Positions 11,258 to 21,714 of a stretch of 64,000 bases of DNA are shown here, one piece after another. This stretch comes from a virus. Taxonomy: Duplodnaviria; Heunggongvirae; Uroviricota; Caudoviricetes. The DNA lies in the IMG/VR virus record IMGVR_UViG_3300021255_000114, positions 103,942 to 167,941 of that record, one strand, 5' to 3'. Below the pieces are notes generated by a model. That model was not told where the DNA came from, did no database searches, and saw nothing but the letters and a program-made list of their open reading frames with translations. The position numbers were made by a program, and so were the translations under genes. Position 1 is the stretch's first letter. Each line of letters begins with the position of its first letter.

Positions 11258-11469
11258 AGGATTATTTGTTTTTCCTCTTGCACCATATTTATTATATGAT
11301 TTTGGCTCTGGTCAAGAGAAAAATAAAAACACGGCCGGGACGGTCGAAATCGATGCCTGTGACAGGTAGGAAACTGCGATATCTGAAAAGTCAGTAGGTG
11401 AAATGGGAGTCCACAACTTTAGTCAGGAGCAGTTCAATAGTAATAATAATTTGTAAAAGCACTAACAAG

Positions 11470-11787
11470 ATGGCAAGCACAACAAAGAAAAATACAACAA
11501 AGAAAAATACAACATCCAAGTCAAAGAGGACTGAGGAATCCATTATCGACCCCTCTGTCAACGACATTATAATTGAAGCCTCGGAAGAGGAAAAGACTGA
11601 AGTAGAGACCTTGCCCCAAGACATTGTCCCTGAAATTGAAGAGGAAGACAACATCGTGGCAAGTCAAGAGAAAGACAATAGTGAGAAGATAGAAGAGGCT
11701 AAAGCGGAAGAACATGGAAACTCAAAAACCATAACCACAACCCAAGTTTATGGCTACAACCACATGGGTATGATTTACGAATGGTAA
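11470..11787 (+). CDS. Hypothetical protein (basic N-terminus, acidic body)
   Basis: ORF; ATG at 11470 follows a structured leader. Confidence 0.55.
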   Translation: MASTTKKNTTKKNTTSKSKRTEESIIDPSVNDIIIEASEEEKTEVETLPQDIVPEIEEEDNIVASQEKDNSEKIEEAKAEEHGNSKTITTTQVYGYNHMGMIYEW

Positions 11788-11813
11788 TCAATGAATTATA
11801 GACAAGTCAGACA

Positions 11814-12416
11814 ATGGTTAGAGATTATATTAGAGAAGACCTTAACAAACTCCGCGGAATGCTAAACGAAGGATTAGCAAATGAGGTGGAGGACATTATC
11901 TCTTCATTACAGGCAAATTCAAATATAGAGGATGAGCATGAGGTTGATATCCAAGCAGGTGACGACCTTGAAGACGATATAAAAAATCCTGACACCGGCA
12001 AGGATGCATTGGAAACAATTCCCTATAGCACTAACGATGAACTCCTATCATCCATCACACAGACTTGCAAGGAACGTTTTGGGGCAAATTTTACCAAGTC
12101 AAAAACCCCAATGCTATATTACCCAAAGGATGGTGATGTAACACTTACCGGCGAAATCAGTTCCCTCAATAATGCGGTTTTTCAATTCAGATACAAAGAT
12201 GCAACAGGTAATGGATGCTATGTGTGGATTGAACCGCTACATGTTTCGGATGAAACCATTAGAGTCTTAAGCGTCATTAATGGCATCTATAAGAATTGGA
12301 AAAACGAACTTGCCACCTCAGAAGACATTAAACCAATGTCAATGCGTAACGAAGGTGTACTCGGGGGCGAACCTGAACCTGCTGATGATGTTACACCTGG
12401 TGATGATTTGGATTGA
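11814..12416 (+). CDS. Hypothetical acidic protein, possible virion component
   Basis: 200-aa ORF with LNE-type N-terminal motif. Confidence 0.6.
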   Translation: MVRDYIREDLNKLRGMLNEGLANEVEDIISSLQANSNIEDEHEVDIQAGDDLEDDIKNPDTGKDALETIPYSTNDELLSSITQTCKERFGANFTKSKTPMLYYPKDGDVTLTGEISSLNNAVFQFRYKDATGNGCYVWIEPLHVSDETIRVLSVINGIYKNWKNELATSEDIKPMSMRNEGVLGGEPEPADDVTPGDDLD

Positions 12417-12524
12417 GGAGAGTCTAATACAATATGCTCAATCACGACAAGCGGCTAAATCCATGTGATTGGCCGCTTATTTGTTTCAAGACCAAACTAT
12501 TTATAAGAAACGGTAATTTAGATT

Positions 12525-12752
12525 ATGCAATTTTCCCCTATTATAAACGAAGAAGAAATCAAAAATATTCTTCATGAAGAACTTACAAAAGGTGAAGTCC
12601 GTGCAATGATTAGCAGTGAACTTGACGACTTCACAAAAAACGAAAAACTAAAAAAGACAATAAAGAACCTTACCGCAGATGTTTTGGAAGATTTTCTTGA
12701 CTCTTTATGGAGAAGAAAGGCATTTTGGAAGGGCACTATTAAAAGGAGTTAA
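12525..12752 (+). CDS. Hypothetical protein with shared N-terminal INEEEIKNILHE motif
   Basis: ORF preceded by TATTTATA motif at 12498. Confidence 0.6.
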   Translation: MQFSPIINEEEIKNILHEELTKGEVRAMISSELDDFTKNEKLKKTIKNLTADVLEDFLDSLWRRKAFWKGTIKRS

Positions 12753-12754
12753 AC

Positions 12755-14830
12755 GTGGGAAATACATTTATTATAAACGAGGATGTTTTAAACGAGGTTG
12801 CCAATATAATGAAACCGACGGAATCGCAGTTTAATTCAAACGTGCGTTATTTCCTTCATCAGTTAATCGACGACCCTGTACATGCTGAAATCCCGACTTG
12901 CATAAAAATGGCTAATATTTCGCGTTCAAGGTTTATTAAAATGTTGATTGACCGAGGAATCCTAGTACGAAATGAACGCTTGAACGACACAGATAAGGAT
13001 GGGAATCACAAAACTCCGACAATGGCGGTTAAATATACCATTGTTAACAAAATCCCTGACGAATTGGAATATAAAGTTTCTAAAACGGATTTTGATAGAA
13101 GGATAGAAAAACTCCGCAGGAGCATATTTGAAAAAAATCTTCCCCAAAAGAAATTTAACAACCCATTGGGTGATAAAGTTGCAAATGCAAAGAACACTCC
13201 AATGACAATGGGATTTATTGCCCCCGGGGAGAAGAAAAACAATGACTTGAATGAAGAAGGTGGTGATGGGGGCGCAACAAGTGCTGACACATCAGGTGCG
13301 TTTGTGCAACCATTGTTTAAAAAAATAGTCAGGAGACAAATAAAGGAAATACTTGAACGCTTAACACCTGATACCGAAATAAGTAGCAGATACCGTAATC
13401 TTGGAGGTGGATTCGATGTCAAACTCGAAGACGGAACGTTTGAGAAAAGCCTTGTCACCATACAGAACAAATCCACTAAAACACTCTATCACATATGTTT
13501 TGACGGGGCTACATTCAACGTATTCAGAGATATGGGAGACGGAACACCTTGTACACACATGAGTTATGTTTTTGATAAACTCATTAACGCAATGAATCAG
13601 GATGGATACGTGAACGTCAACGAATCAGCCATGAGCAACGGGCGAGTCTTTAGAATAAGCGAAGAACAATACAAACAGATAGAGGAAACCACTTCAACAA
13701 TGAATGTTGGTGGGCCGAAAACGGATTATCAATATACAATTCCGTTCCTTGTAGATGGCAATGACGAAACAATGCAACGCCACAATGGAGAAGGGAATTC
13801 GATTTCAATAAATCACATTCGAGAATCAAAAAACCATGTCAATATGGATGTTGATATCAGGGATGGCGGTAGACATGCCGTCAAGATGACGGTGGATGAA
13901 TTCAAACAGGAAATGATACATGCCTATCATATGTATGCCATGGAACAGGAAAGTAAGTACAAATTCGATTTGCGATTAACTCCAAGCCCAGGTGATTTTG
14001 TATATAAATTGTGTTATAAAAATAAGGAAAATGAGAAATCGAAATATGCAGCCAAAATCTATAAGGATATATGGGGTGGAAAATACAAGTTCGATTCAGA
14101 GAATGTAGATGACTGTGGTGGTATAAAGATGTCAAGCAAAGGTTTTCCGTATATCATGTGTTGTGCCGGGGGTGATTGGGAATGTCCTGTATGTTTCTTC
14201 GTGTATTTCGACGGAAGCCATTTCAGGGGATATATACCATTAAAAGGCAATGCAATCAATAGAAACAACAATACAGCGTTTCAGGGAAACGGTGATGAGG
14301 AAGAGGCTAAATTCATTGCCAAGGAAAATGACATTGACTATGAGAAAGCAAAGGGTTTGACTGGTGACATTAAATTCAACGAGGATGCTTGTTTGAAGGA
14401 TTTCCTTTCAAGGGTTGAGGTAAAGGGAATCTATAAGAAACGTGACTATACGAAGGACGAACAAAGATTCAAGGAATATCGTAAGGAAAAAATCGCCGAC
14501 GAAAAGAAAAGGAGTGAGGAAGCCGAAAGAAGAAGACAGATGAATACACAAGAAAATAATGGCGAACCAGATGGCGGTAAAGACTTGAATGAGAATGAAG
14601 AAAAAGAAAATTTCTTTCAAAAACACGGTATAAAGGAAGTTTCCTGTGGTCTTGGATATTCCGAGAAGGAAGAGAAATGGTATGGTTGGAGCCATAGAGC
14701 AATTCATGGTTTCGGGATAGGTGATAAATGTGTAGAGTGTTATCCCACAGGTACTAAAGAAGGTAAAATAATTAAAACAATGGAACAGGCGAAGGAAGCA
14801 GCAAAGAAATTTGCAGACTCCGTCTCATAA
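12755..14830 (+). CDS. Multidomain hypothetical protein, possible internal-virion polyprotein
   Basis: 691 aa; unrelated-looking segments separated by LNE/VNE/IEE/IRE motifs. Confidence 0.65.
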   Translation: MGNTFIINEDVLNEVANIMKPTESQFNSNVRYFLHQLIDDPVHAEIPTCIKMANISRSRFIKMLIDRGILVRNERLNDTDKDGNHKTPTMAVKYTIVNKIPDELEYKVSKTDFDRRIEKLRRSIFEKNLPQKKFNNPLGDKVANAKNTPMTMGFIAPGEKKNNDLNEEGGDGGATSADTSGAFVQPLFKKIVRRQIKEILERLTPDTEISSRYRNLGGGFDVKLEDGTFEKSLVTIQNKSTKTLYHICFDGATFNVFRDMGDGTPCTHMSYVFDKLINAMNQDGYVNVNESAMSNGRVFRISEEQYKQIEETTSTMNVGGPKTDYQYTIPFLVDGNDETMQRHNGEGNSISINHIRESKNHVNMDVDIRDGGRHAVKMTVDEFKQEMIHAYHMYAMEQESKYKFDLRLTPSPGDFVYKLCYKNKENEKSKYAAKIYKDIWGGKYKFDSENVDDCGGIKMSSKGFPYIMCCAGGDWECPVCFFVYFDGSHFRGYIPLKGNAINRNNNTAFQGNGDEEEAKFIAKENDIDYEKAKGLTGDIKFNEDACLKDFLSRVEVKGIYKKRDYTKDEQRFKEYRKEKIADEKKRSEEAERRRQMNTQENNGEPDGGKDLNENEEKENFFQKHGIKEVSCGLGYSEKEEKWYGWSHRAIHGFGIGDKCVECYPTGTKEGKIIKTMEQAKEAAKKFADSVS

Positions 14831-14838
14831 TTTTCGTT

Positions 14839-15033
14839 ATGTTAGATATTTATAATACAAATACAGGGTTCAATCCAAACGACGTTCTTTCAGAAATGGC
14901 GCAGATAGACCAAGAGATTGAAGACGAACGCTCAAAAGACGATAGTGAGTACGATAGGGAGAAAGAATTCAAACTTTTGTACAAACAATTCGTGACAGGA
15001 TTGAAACTTAACACTGGAGTAAGATTATATTAA
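14839..15033 (+). CDS. Hypothetical protein
   Basis: 64-aa ORF filling an operon gap. Confidence 0.55.
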   Translation: MLDIYNTNTGFNPNDVLSEMAQIDQEIEDERSKDDSEYDREKEFKLLYKQFVTGLKLNTGVRLY

Positions 15034-15052
15034 AAGTAATATTATATAACAA

Positions 15053-16291
15053 ATGATTAAAGAAGGCAAATATACAATCAGCGAATTGCGTGCTGCCCTA
15101 CAGGAAAGCGACACCAAAAACGAATTCAAGCCGGTGCTTGGTAATGGTGTTGAGAAGGACAACAGGAAAAACAACGGAGAGGCTGTGAAGGATATTACCA
15201 AGGAAGTTGGAAAATACAACGGCGAGAAGATGGTTCACACCGTAGTAACTCCCGTTGACAGAAATAAAACCACCCTCGATGTTGTTTGGAATGAACTTGA
15301 ACCTGGCAAGGAATGGAAAGACAGGGTTGATGCACAGGTAGAGGGTTATCCGTCAGTGGATAACAAGAAGAACACCGATGCCAAAGACAACGGAGGACTT
15401 GACTACAAAGGAAACGAAGAATTCCTAAAAAATCGCGAGAAATTGCAAAAGGACTGGAAAGGAACCGTAAAAGATGATATGGATGCCGGTCTTAAGGGTC
15501 GCGAATTAAAAAAATACAATGTGGTTAATGAGAATTTCGACCCGGAAGATGATTATATGACCACACCCGATATTGTGGCTAAGGATTTCATTCGTTGGGC
15601 TACAACCGAAGCCGATCGCGGGCACAATTATCCAATTAATGCTATGCAGATGATTTATGACGCTTACGTCAATAAAGACCAAGAGGCTCTTGAAGATGTG
15701 GCAACTGCTTACTTTGAGGCTAAATATACTGACATGGCACAATGGGAAACTGTTATGAAAGGTGTTGAAAAAGCAGTTAATGCCTATGGTTATTACAATG
15801 ATTTAGAACATAATAACGCAATAGAAGATAATAACGATACCGATGGTAATGAATCCGTCGATATGACAATTAATAATAATGAGCCGGTGGATGACAAGCC
15901 AGAACCATTGGACGAGAATAAGACAAATAAAACAAAAAAGAATATGAAACGTCTTCACTATAAAAAAACCACATTCCTTACAGAAGCACAGATGCTCAAG
16001 ACTATTCCGGAAGAATTCAAAACAAACGGAAATAAATTTTATGTTAAAGACGCAAGCGGCACAGAGTATCTTGTTGAGTGCACCGTCGACGAAAAATTTG
16101 ATTTTCCGACATTGTCAGTTGTGAGCAAATTGAATGAGAGTAAGACCAACAGCGAGATTAATCGTATGAAACAACTTTTCGGTTACGAAAGCTCACAGTT
16201 CAACACTAAGGTCGATAAAAAGTCAGAAACACTTCAAAGTCTTCATGAGGATATTGAGAAGGTCAAAGGATTGGAGAAACTTAAAGATTAA
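15053..16291 (+). CDS. Hypothetical protein, possible virion component
   Basis: 412 aa; LQE/VNE/LDE/LTE/LNE motifs. Confidence 0.65.
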   Translation: MIKEGKYTISELRAALQESDTKNEFKPVLGNGVEKDNRKNNGEAVKDITKEVGKYNGEKMVHTVVTPVDRNKTTLDVVWNELEPGKEWKDRVDAQVEGYPSVDNKKNTDAKDNGGLDYKGNEEFLKNREKLQKDWKGTVKDDMDAGLKGRELKKYNVVNENFDPEDDYMTTPDIVAKDFIRWATTEADRGHNYPINAMQMIYDAYVNKDQEALEDVATAYFEAKYTDMAQWETVMKGVEKAVNAYGYYNDLEHNNAIEDNNDTDGNESVDMTINNNEPVDDKPEPLDENKTNKTKKNMKRLHYKKTTFLTEAQMLKTIPEEFKTNGNKFYVKDASGTEYLVECTVDEKFDFPTLSVVSKLNESKTNSEINRMKQLFGYESSQFNTKVDKKSETLQSLHEDIEKVKGLEKLKD

Positions 16292-16337
16292 GTCAATTAA
16301 CCAAAAATAAAGTCTTAATTCTCTTAAATCACTGAAA

Positions 16338-17045
16338 ATGGCTAAAACAACAAAAACGGACGCCGAAGAGGGATTTGGTTCACTTGAGAAAATGTTAAAA
16401 CTTCTCTCCAAATATGGAGCGTGGAATATCATAAAGGCCATTATACTTATTGTGGCATTCTTTGTGGTAATATGGACAACCACTCATATTGACACTATAT
16501 TCGAAAACGTTATCGTTAAACAGAATGAGCAGAAGATTGAACAACATGAGACTGTTCTCAAACGAAGGAATGAGATAAAGCCAAAAATCGACCTTCTTCT
16601 TAAGAACACAATGGAAGAATTAGACGCCGACCGTGTATTTGTTATTGAAATGCATAATGGAACAAATAGCCTGTCCGGACTACCATTCGTATATTGTGAA
16701 ATGACTTATGAAACATGCAAAAAAGGAATTATGCGTGTTGATGATGAATATGGGTCAGTTGTCATGTCAAGGTACACATTACCATACTATATGACAGAGA
16801 ATCAAGTTTATGCCGGTAGTGTTGATGAACTGGAGGAACTTGACCCAAAACTTGCGCATCGTATGCGTGATAACGGTACTTATTATATATGTGTGGCTAA
16901 TATGTACAGTTTTGACAGTTATATTGGTTACGTTGGAATTGGATATGCTGAAGGAAGCACACCTGCTGACGTGGATAAATTAAAGGCAGAGGTATTTAAA
17001 CTTTCACAGAGAGTTTCAATTCTTCTTGATCCGGCACAAATGTAA
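16338..17045 (+). CDS. Putative T4 T-like holin (single TM + GAF-like domain)
   Basis: One TM helix (IIKAIILIVAFFVVIW), then LDADRVFVIEMHNG GAF-like pattern. Confidence 0.6.
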   Translation: MAKTTKTDAEEGFGSLEKMLKLLSKYGAWNIIKAIILIVAFFVVIWTTTHIDTIFENVIVKQNEQKIEQHETVLKRRNEIKPKIDLLLKNTMEELDADRVFVIEMHNGTNSLSGLPFVYCEMTYETCKKGIMRVDDEYGSVVMSRYTLPYYMTENQVYAGSVDELEELDPKLAHRMRDNGTYYICVANMYSFDSYIGYVGIGYAEGSTPADVDKLKAEVFKLSQRVSILLDPAQM

Positions 17046-17050
17046 TAACA

Positions 17051-17311
17051 ATGGAAAATCATGAGAAAAAGATACACATGGTAATCGAAATCATGCAATG
17101 GGTTCTGATAATCTTTGCGTTGTTTGCTTGCCTTTTTATATCCCCAAATATGAAACGGCACTTTGAGAATGACAAAGAGGAGAAACTATATAAGCAGATA
17201 AATGCAGATCAAAAAATAGAGCGTCTTAACAGAGAGAACATTATACTTATTGATTCACTGGCCAATCTGAAACGCGATACAGTCTATATCTACTCAACCA
17301 AAAAGAAATAG
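17051..17311 (+). CDS. Small membrane protein with coiled coil (lysis/spanin-like)
   Basis: N-terminal TM plus coiled coil; directly after holin. Confidence 0.5.
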   Translation: MENHEKKIHMVIEIMQWVLIIFALFACLFISPNMKRHFENDKEEKLYKQINADQKIERLNRENIILIDSLANLKRDTVYIYSTKKK

Positions 17312-17403
17312 GATAAAACAACGATACTATCGGAAAAAGTGCACTGAATTTGTTTTTGGTGTGCTTTTTTTATTATATTTGCATAAAAGAAAATTTGTTT
17401 ATC

Positions 17404-17580
17404 ATGAAATTTGTAATGGTTTTTATTCTTATAATGTCGATTATGTACACCATTAAAGAGGCATTCAACATATTCAAGACTTTTAGAAAAGGAGAGGAAT
17501 TTAAGCAACCTTGGTATAAAACATTATTATCGTTTGTTTCAGTTTCTTATATAATAACCATATTAATTTTCGGCATCTAA
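17404..17580 (+). CDS. Small two-TM membrane protein
   Basis: Two hydrophobic segments. Confidence 0.55.
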   Translation: MKFVMVFILIMSIMYTIKEAFNIFKTFRKGEEFKQPWYKTLLSFVSVSYIITILIFGI

Positions 17581-18206
17581 TGGGGTCTGAAATGAACAGG
17601 ATGATGAACTATATCAAATATGGTTTGTCTCTCAAGACAACCAGTGCGGACGGTCATGAATATTTCCTTGTTGGTATCAATTTCAATAAGAAGTGGCAAA
17701 TTGTGGAACCATCTCCGGAGACCGGTGTTTCATGTGTTGCTGGTAACGACGGAGAAAGTGAATTTTATTATTTCGCTCCGATTGAGTGTGGTGTAAATGC
17801 CATCTTCGATTGTATTGATGACACCATCCATTACAATGAAGATGTTGAGAAAAAAATTACATTACTTCGCGAGAAAGTTGCTGAATTACAAGAATTGTTC
17901 GCGGAGAAACCGTATGAATGGTTGTTAAACCTCCAATTTGTATACAAACCGGCTAAAAAAGAAAGGGTGAAAAAATCCACCGAACCAAGGAACATTAAAG
18001 AAACCAAACGCATTAATGAGAAATTGCAAAACAACGACCTTGATGAAAAGATGATGGATGTTGCGCGTCACGCTTCAAATTTGGACACGTTTACTGACCC
18101 TAAAGAAGAGTTTGTCGGTTCGGAGAAAACTGTAGAAACCGGAAATAATATCGAGGAGGCGAATGAAATTGATACAAAGATTGCCGCCGCCCTTGAAAAA
18201 CGTTAA
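17580..18206 (+). CDS. Hypothetical protein
   Basis: 208-aa ORF, start overlaps upstream stop. Confidence 0.6.
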   Translation: MGSEMNRMMNYIKYGLSLKTTSADGHEYFLVGINFNKKWQIVEPSPETGVSCVAGNDGESEFYYFAPIECGVNAIFDCIDDTIHYNEDVEKKITLLREKVAELQELFAEKPYEWLLNLQFVYKPAKKERVKKSTEPRNIKETKRINEKLQNNDLDEKMMDVARHASNLDTFTDPKEEFVGSEKTVETGNNIEEANEIDTKIAAALEKR

Positions 18207-18218
18207 ATAGTATAATTT

Positions 18219-18632
18219 ATGGTTGCACTTAAGATATTCGCATATATATTTTATGCATATGGCCTAACTACAATTATGGTATATGGCAGAGGCCCGTTCG
18301 GAATTTGTGAAAGTGTAAGGAAACTTGCCGCAAAAATATCGGACGGACTTGGTGAATTGTTCAGTTGCCCATTGTGTTTTTCAACTTGGGTTGGAATCCT
18401 GACCTCACTTATAGACATTTTGTTTTTAAAGACGGTTGCCCTGACTCCATTTAACATTATTATGGGGTCAATAACGGGCTTTTGGGGAGCAAGTCTTGTG
18501 GTTTTGCTCGACGCGTTTTCTACGGCGGGCTTTGTGTGGCTATTGCATCAATTCGAGGAAGCATTGGAACGTCATGGAACATATTATACGGACGAATTCA
18601 TAGAGGAGGATGAGTTAAATGGCAAACAATAG
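18219..18632 (+). CDS. DUF1360-like membrane protein
   Basis: GELFSCPLCFSTWVG motif between TM helices. Confidence 0.6.
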   Translation: MVALKIFAYIFYAYGLTTIMVYGRGPFGICESVRKLAAKISDGLGELFSCPLCFSTWVGILTSLIDILFLKTVALTPFNIIMGSITGFWGASLVVLLDAFSTAGFVWLLHQFEEALERHGTYYTDEFIEEDELNGKQ

Positions 18633-18849
18633 AATGTTACAGACTGAACTGGATAAAAATAGTCTTGACAAGGCTATCATTGAGGCTGAATTGGAAAATA
18701 TGAAAAGGAGATTTGCGGAAGATATGGCTGATATACCATACAGGACACTTGCAGCAAAGCCAAAGAAATATAAACGTCCTTTGAAATTCAAAATAAGAGA
18801 ACAATTTACAGTATTCAAAGAGCAACTTAAGACATTCCTAGGCCTATGA
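18619..18849 (+). CDS. Hypothetical protein
   Basis: Overlapping-operon ORF. Confidence 0.55.
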   Translation: MANNRMLQTELDKNSLDKAIIEAELENMKRRFAEDMADIPYRTLAAKPKKYKRPLKFKIREQFTVFKEQLKTFLGL

Positions 18850-19094
18850 AATTAAATGACGTATACAAAATAGTGAAGGCAATTGAGGACACGTTGCCTG
18901 ATATTGCCAAAGAGAATAACGGACAAAACATCCGCTCCAATATTCAAGTGCTTTTAAACGTAAGCCCAAAGGAATTGAATGACATCAATAAGGAACTTTA
19001 CCAGCAAGTAAACAAACCTCTCTATGAATATGAAGAGCCTGATGAGGTGATAGTCGAAGTTTTTGGTATTAAGGTCAACATCAAGAAACAATAG
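18846..19094 (+). CDS. Hypothetical protein
   Basis: ATGA-coupled ORF. Confidence 0.55.
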   Translation: MKLNDVYKIVKAIEDTLPDIAKENNGQNIRSNIQVLLNVSPKELNDINKELYQQVNKPLYEYEEPDEVIVEVFGIKVNIKKQ

Positions 19095-20070
19095 GCTTGC
19101 ACTTTTTGATAGTTTCTTCCGTCCATCCTGTTTTCTCGGCCATTTTCTCAATCCAATTATGAACAGAACCTTTACTCAAATTTCCGGTAAAGTAGAGGTT
19201 TTCTATTTCGGACAGTCTATCATATAATATATTGTATAGCCTTGTTGCTTCCGATGGTGCTTTTGTCAGGACGAACGTGAAATCGTCATCATTTTCTATA
19301 AATAAATATGATTTCCAAACGAAGATACGGCAAATACTGTGTTTTTCAATATATTTCATTATGACATTATCAATAATGAATTTTGCGTCTTTTCTATCAT
19401 ATTTTGGATGATACCCGTACAGATAGAAAAGTTCCTCTATATACCAATCATCCTTTGCAATTATTCGCCATTGGGGGTCATCTGTCTTCACAGTCACAGA
19501 CTCTCCCAAGTCGTTTCTGAATACCGATTCATTGTCTTCTAACTCCGGATCAATTTTTTTCTTAAGTAGTATTTCGTATTTAACGGGCTGTTCCCCACTT
19601 TTTATTGTGCGTTTTTCGTAAAACATGGGGCATATGGTGTTTTTATGGTTCATTTCGACGAGTTTGTTGTATTTCTCGACAGAACCAAATTTCCAAATAT
19701 ACCAAGCAAACGTCTTGTCGTATTCCTTGTTTTTTGTGAAGAATATTATAAAGCGTCCCTGCTCATCACCCTTATGTATCCTTCTGCGTACAAACGGCCT
19801 TCTATGATGCCTTATGTAATAGCGATGGTTAATCCTTTTGCGCCTTTTTTTCTTGTTTTCCTTTTCCCAATTGTAATGTAGGCGTTTTAGGTGAAATTCC
19901 TGCATTTCAATCTTGCGCTTTTCCCTCCTTTTTTGGACACGCTTAGCCAATGCAGCCTCACGGCGCTCTTGTTTTTTCTTCGCGTCTTTTAAGGCTTTTT
20001 CTTCAGCCTTTTTCTCGTTTTGCTTTCGCCTATATATCCCAACAAGGGCTTGTATACGTTCTGATTTCAA
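19081..20070 (-). CDS. Hypothetical protein with very basic N-terminal third
   Basis: 329-aa ORF; TATTTATA motif upstream on minus strand (20092-20099). Confidence 0.6.
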   Translation of the reverse strand: MKSERIQALVGIYRRKQNEKKAEEKALKDAKKKQERREAALAKRVQKRREKRKIEMQEFHLKRLHYNWEKENKKKRRKRINHRYYIRHHRRPFVRRRIHKGDEQGRFIIFFTKNKEYDKTFAWYIWKFGSVEKYNKLVEMNHKNTICPMFYEKRTIKSGEQPVKYEILLKKKIDPELEDNESVFRNDLGESVTVKTDDPQWRIIAKDDWYIEELFYLYGYHPKYDRKDAKFIIDNVIMKYIEKHSICRIFVWKSYLFIENDDDFTFVLTKAPSEATRLYNILYDRLSEIENLYFTGNLSKGSVHNWIEKMAEKTGWTEETIKKCKPIVS

Positions 20071-20203
20071 GGGTGAAAAATTCTTTCAAAATATAAATAG
20101 TCTGCCGTTCAGAGAAAAAGTTGTCCCAAAAGTGAAAAAGTTTTGGAAAATATAGTATATTTGGATTAGAATTCAATTTAAGTTTAATTTAAACAATTTA
20201 AAA

Positions 20204-20686
20204 ATGGCAAAATTAGAAAAAGCAAGCGATGCTATCATCGATTTTATCACTGAAATTATTCAAGAGCACGATCTTGATGCATTCGCAGAGTTCAGATTTT
20301 TTGAACTTCCAAAACAGAAGGAACTCATTAAGGTAAGCAAGGCAAACGCGACAACTGAGTACTTTGCGAAGACAAGCGACATGGTCACTGTTTTTATAAA
20401 CCCCAAAATTTGGGAAATGATGGAGGATTCACAACGTAAGATGCTTACCGAGAACGCGCTTAACGGTGTCTATTTTGATGAAAAGGATGATGGCACTGGC
20501 AAACTTGTCGTTGAACAGCCGAATCTAGCCATTTCTGCGGAATGTTATGCCAAGTATGGCAAAGAACTTGTTGACGCAGCCGAAGTTGCGGTGCATGCAC
20601 TCCGTCAGATTAAGGAAAAAGAAAAACAAGAGAAAGAGGCGAAAAAGGCCGCAAAGGACAAAAAGTTTGACCCTTATGGCAACTGA
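20204..20686 (+). CDS. Hypothetical protein (weak resemblance to phage metallopeptidase-like proteins, no HExxH)
   Basis: ORF after TAGTATATTTG motif at 20153. Confidence 0.55.
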   Translation: MAKLEKASDAIIDFITEIIQEHDLDAFAEFRFFELPKQKELIKVSKANATTEYFAKTSDMVTVFINPKIWEMMEDSQRKMLTENALNGVYFDEKDDGTGKLVVEQPNLAISAECYAKYGKELVDAAEVAVHALRQIKEKEKQEKEAKKAAKDKKFDPYGN

Positions 20687-20819
20687 TGAAGAAATCGATA
20701 AAGTATTGGAAGAAATTGTCAAAAACCCCGATGATTTCTTCCCTACTTTTTCTGAAGAAATGGCTGAAAAAGCAAGGCAGGAATTATTGAAGATTTTTAA
20801 AGAAAAACCACGAAACTAA
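20676..20819 (+). CDS. Small hypothetical protein
   Basis: MATDEE start overlaps upstream gene. Confidence 0.45.
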   Translation: MATDEEIDKVLEEIVKNPDDFFPTFSEEMAEKARQELLKIFKEKPRN

Positions 20820-21052
20820 CGAGTTGCACGTCGAATAATTCTACGTGTTATCCTTTGGTTATTGGTGCTTGAAGGTGTATTGTTGTTTGTGGTAGGTGCT
20901 TTTATGATTTTCACACCACTGTTACCGGTTTTCTTTTTAGTGCAGTTACATCCCATAAATCAATTCTATAATTTTCGCTTTATTATCAGGTCTTTTAACA
21001 GTTTTAGTAGGCTGTTTTATAGTGTTTTTTCTTTTACAATTGCAAGACATGT

Positions 21053-21457
21053 CTAACTCTCCATTTTATAATCGGAAACTTTATCAAAAGTCGCAAGAAA
21101 TGCATCTTTTGCCATATCACCTTTGAAATCGTCAATAAGTGAAACAATATTAGATAGTTTCCCGTTATCTTCACATTTACCCCTGAATTCATCAAGCATT
21201 TCAGAAATAATCTTGCAGAGTTGACCAAGGTCGTTGGTTTTGTTTATACTTTGTTCAAATGAGAAATCGGAGAATGACGGCTTACCGGAATATCCGAAAT
21301 ATTGCTCGGCAAGGTCATCAGTAAAATCCAATATGTCATCACGGATAATGTCACAAAGTTCGTGCGCATGATTTTTATCGGTGCTATAGTGCACCATCTT
21401 GGTAATATCAGCGTACATGTAGAGTTTCATAATTATATCACAAACTTCCTGTTGCAT
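21053..21457 (-). CDS. Ferritin/Dps-like four-helix bundle protein
   Basis: H..H..D...D.LAE pattern (HYSTDKNHAHELCD...DDLAEQ). Confidence 0.65.
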   Translation of the reverse strand: MQQEVCDIIMKLYMYADITKMVHYSTDKNHAHELCDIIRDDILDFTDDLAEQYFGYSGKPSFSDFSFEQSINKTNDLGQLCKIISEMLDEFRGKCEDNGKLSNIVSLIDDFKGDMAKDAFLATFDKVSDYKMES

Positions 21458-21555
21458 TGCAAAATGTATTTTGACTATAAATATCTTCAACTTTAAGAAA
21501 ATTTAACGTTTTATTATAGGAATTATCAACGATTTAATAGTATTTTTGTGGCGAA

Positions 21556-21714
21556 ATGGAGACAACAGAATTTATTTCGGAATGGCATCCTATTATTTTA
21601 CCAGGATGCCCCTTGGTACAAACGAAGGACGGATTTAAAACTTTCGATGAACTTGAGCGCGAAGAAATAGAATCAATATTCGGATGGCTAATTGAGGAAG
21701 AAGATGGAAATTAA
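21556..21714 (+). CDS. Small hypothetical protein (52 aa, not in ORF track)
   Basis: Hand-translated METTEFISEW...EEEDGN*; follows a TAGTATTTTTG motif and overlaps the next start. Confidence 0.45.
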   Translation: METTEFISEWHPIILPGCPLVQTKDGFKTFDELEREEIESIFGWLIEEEDGN

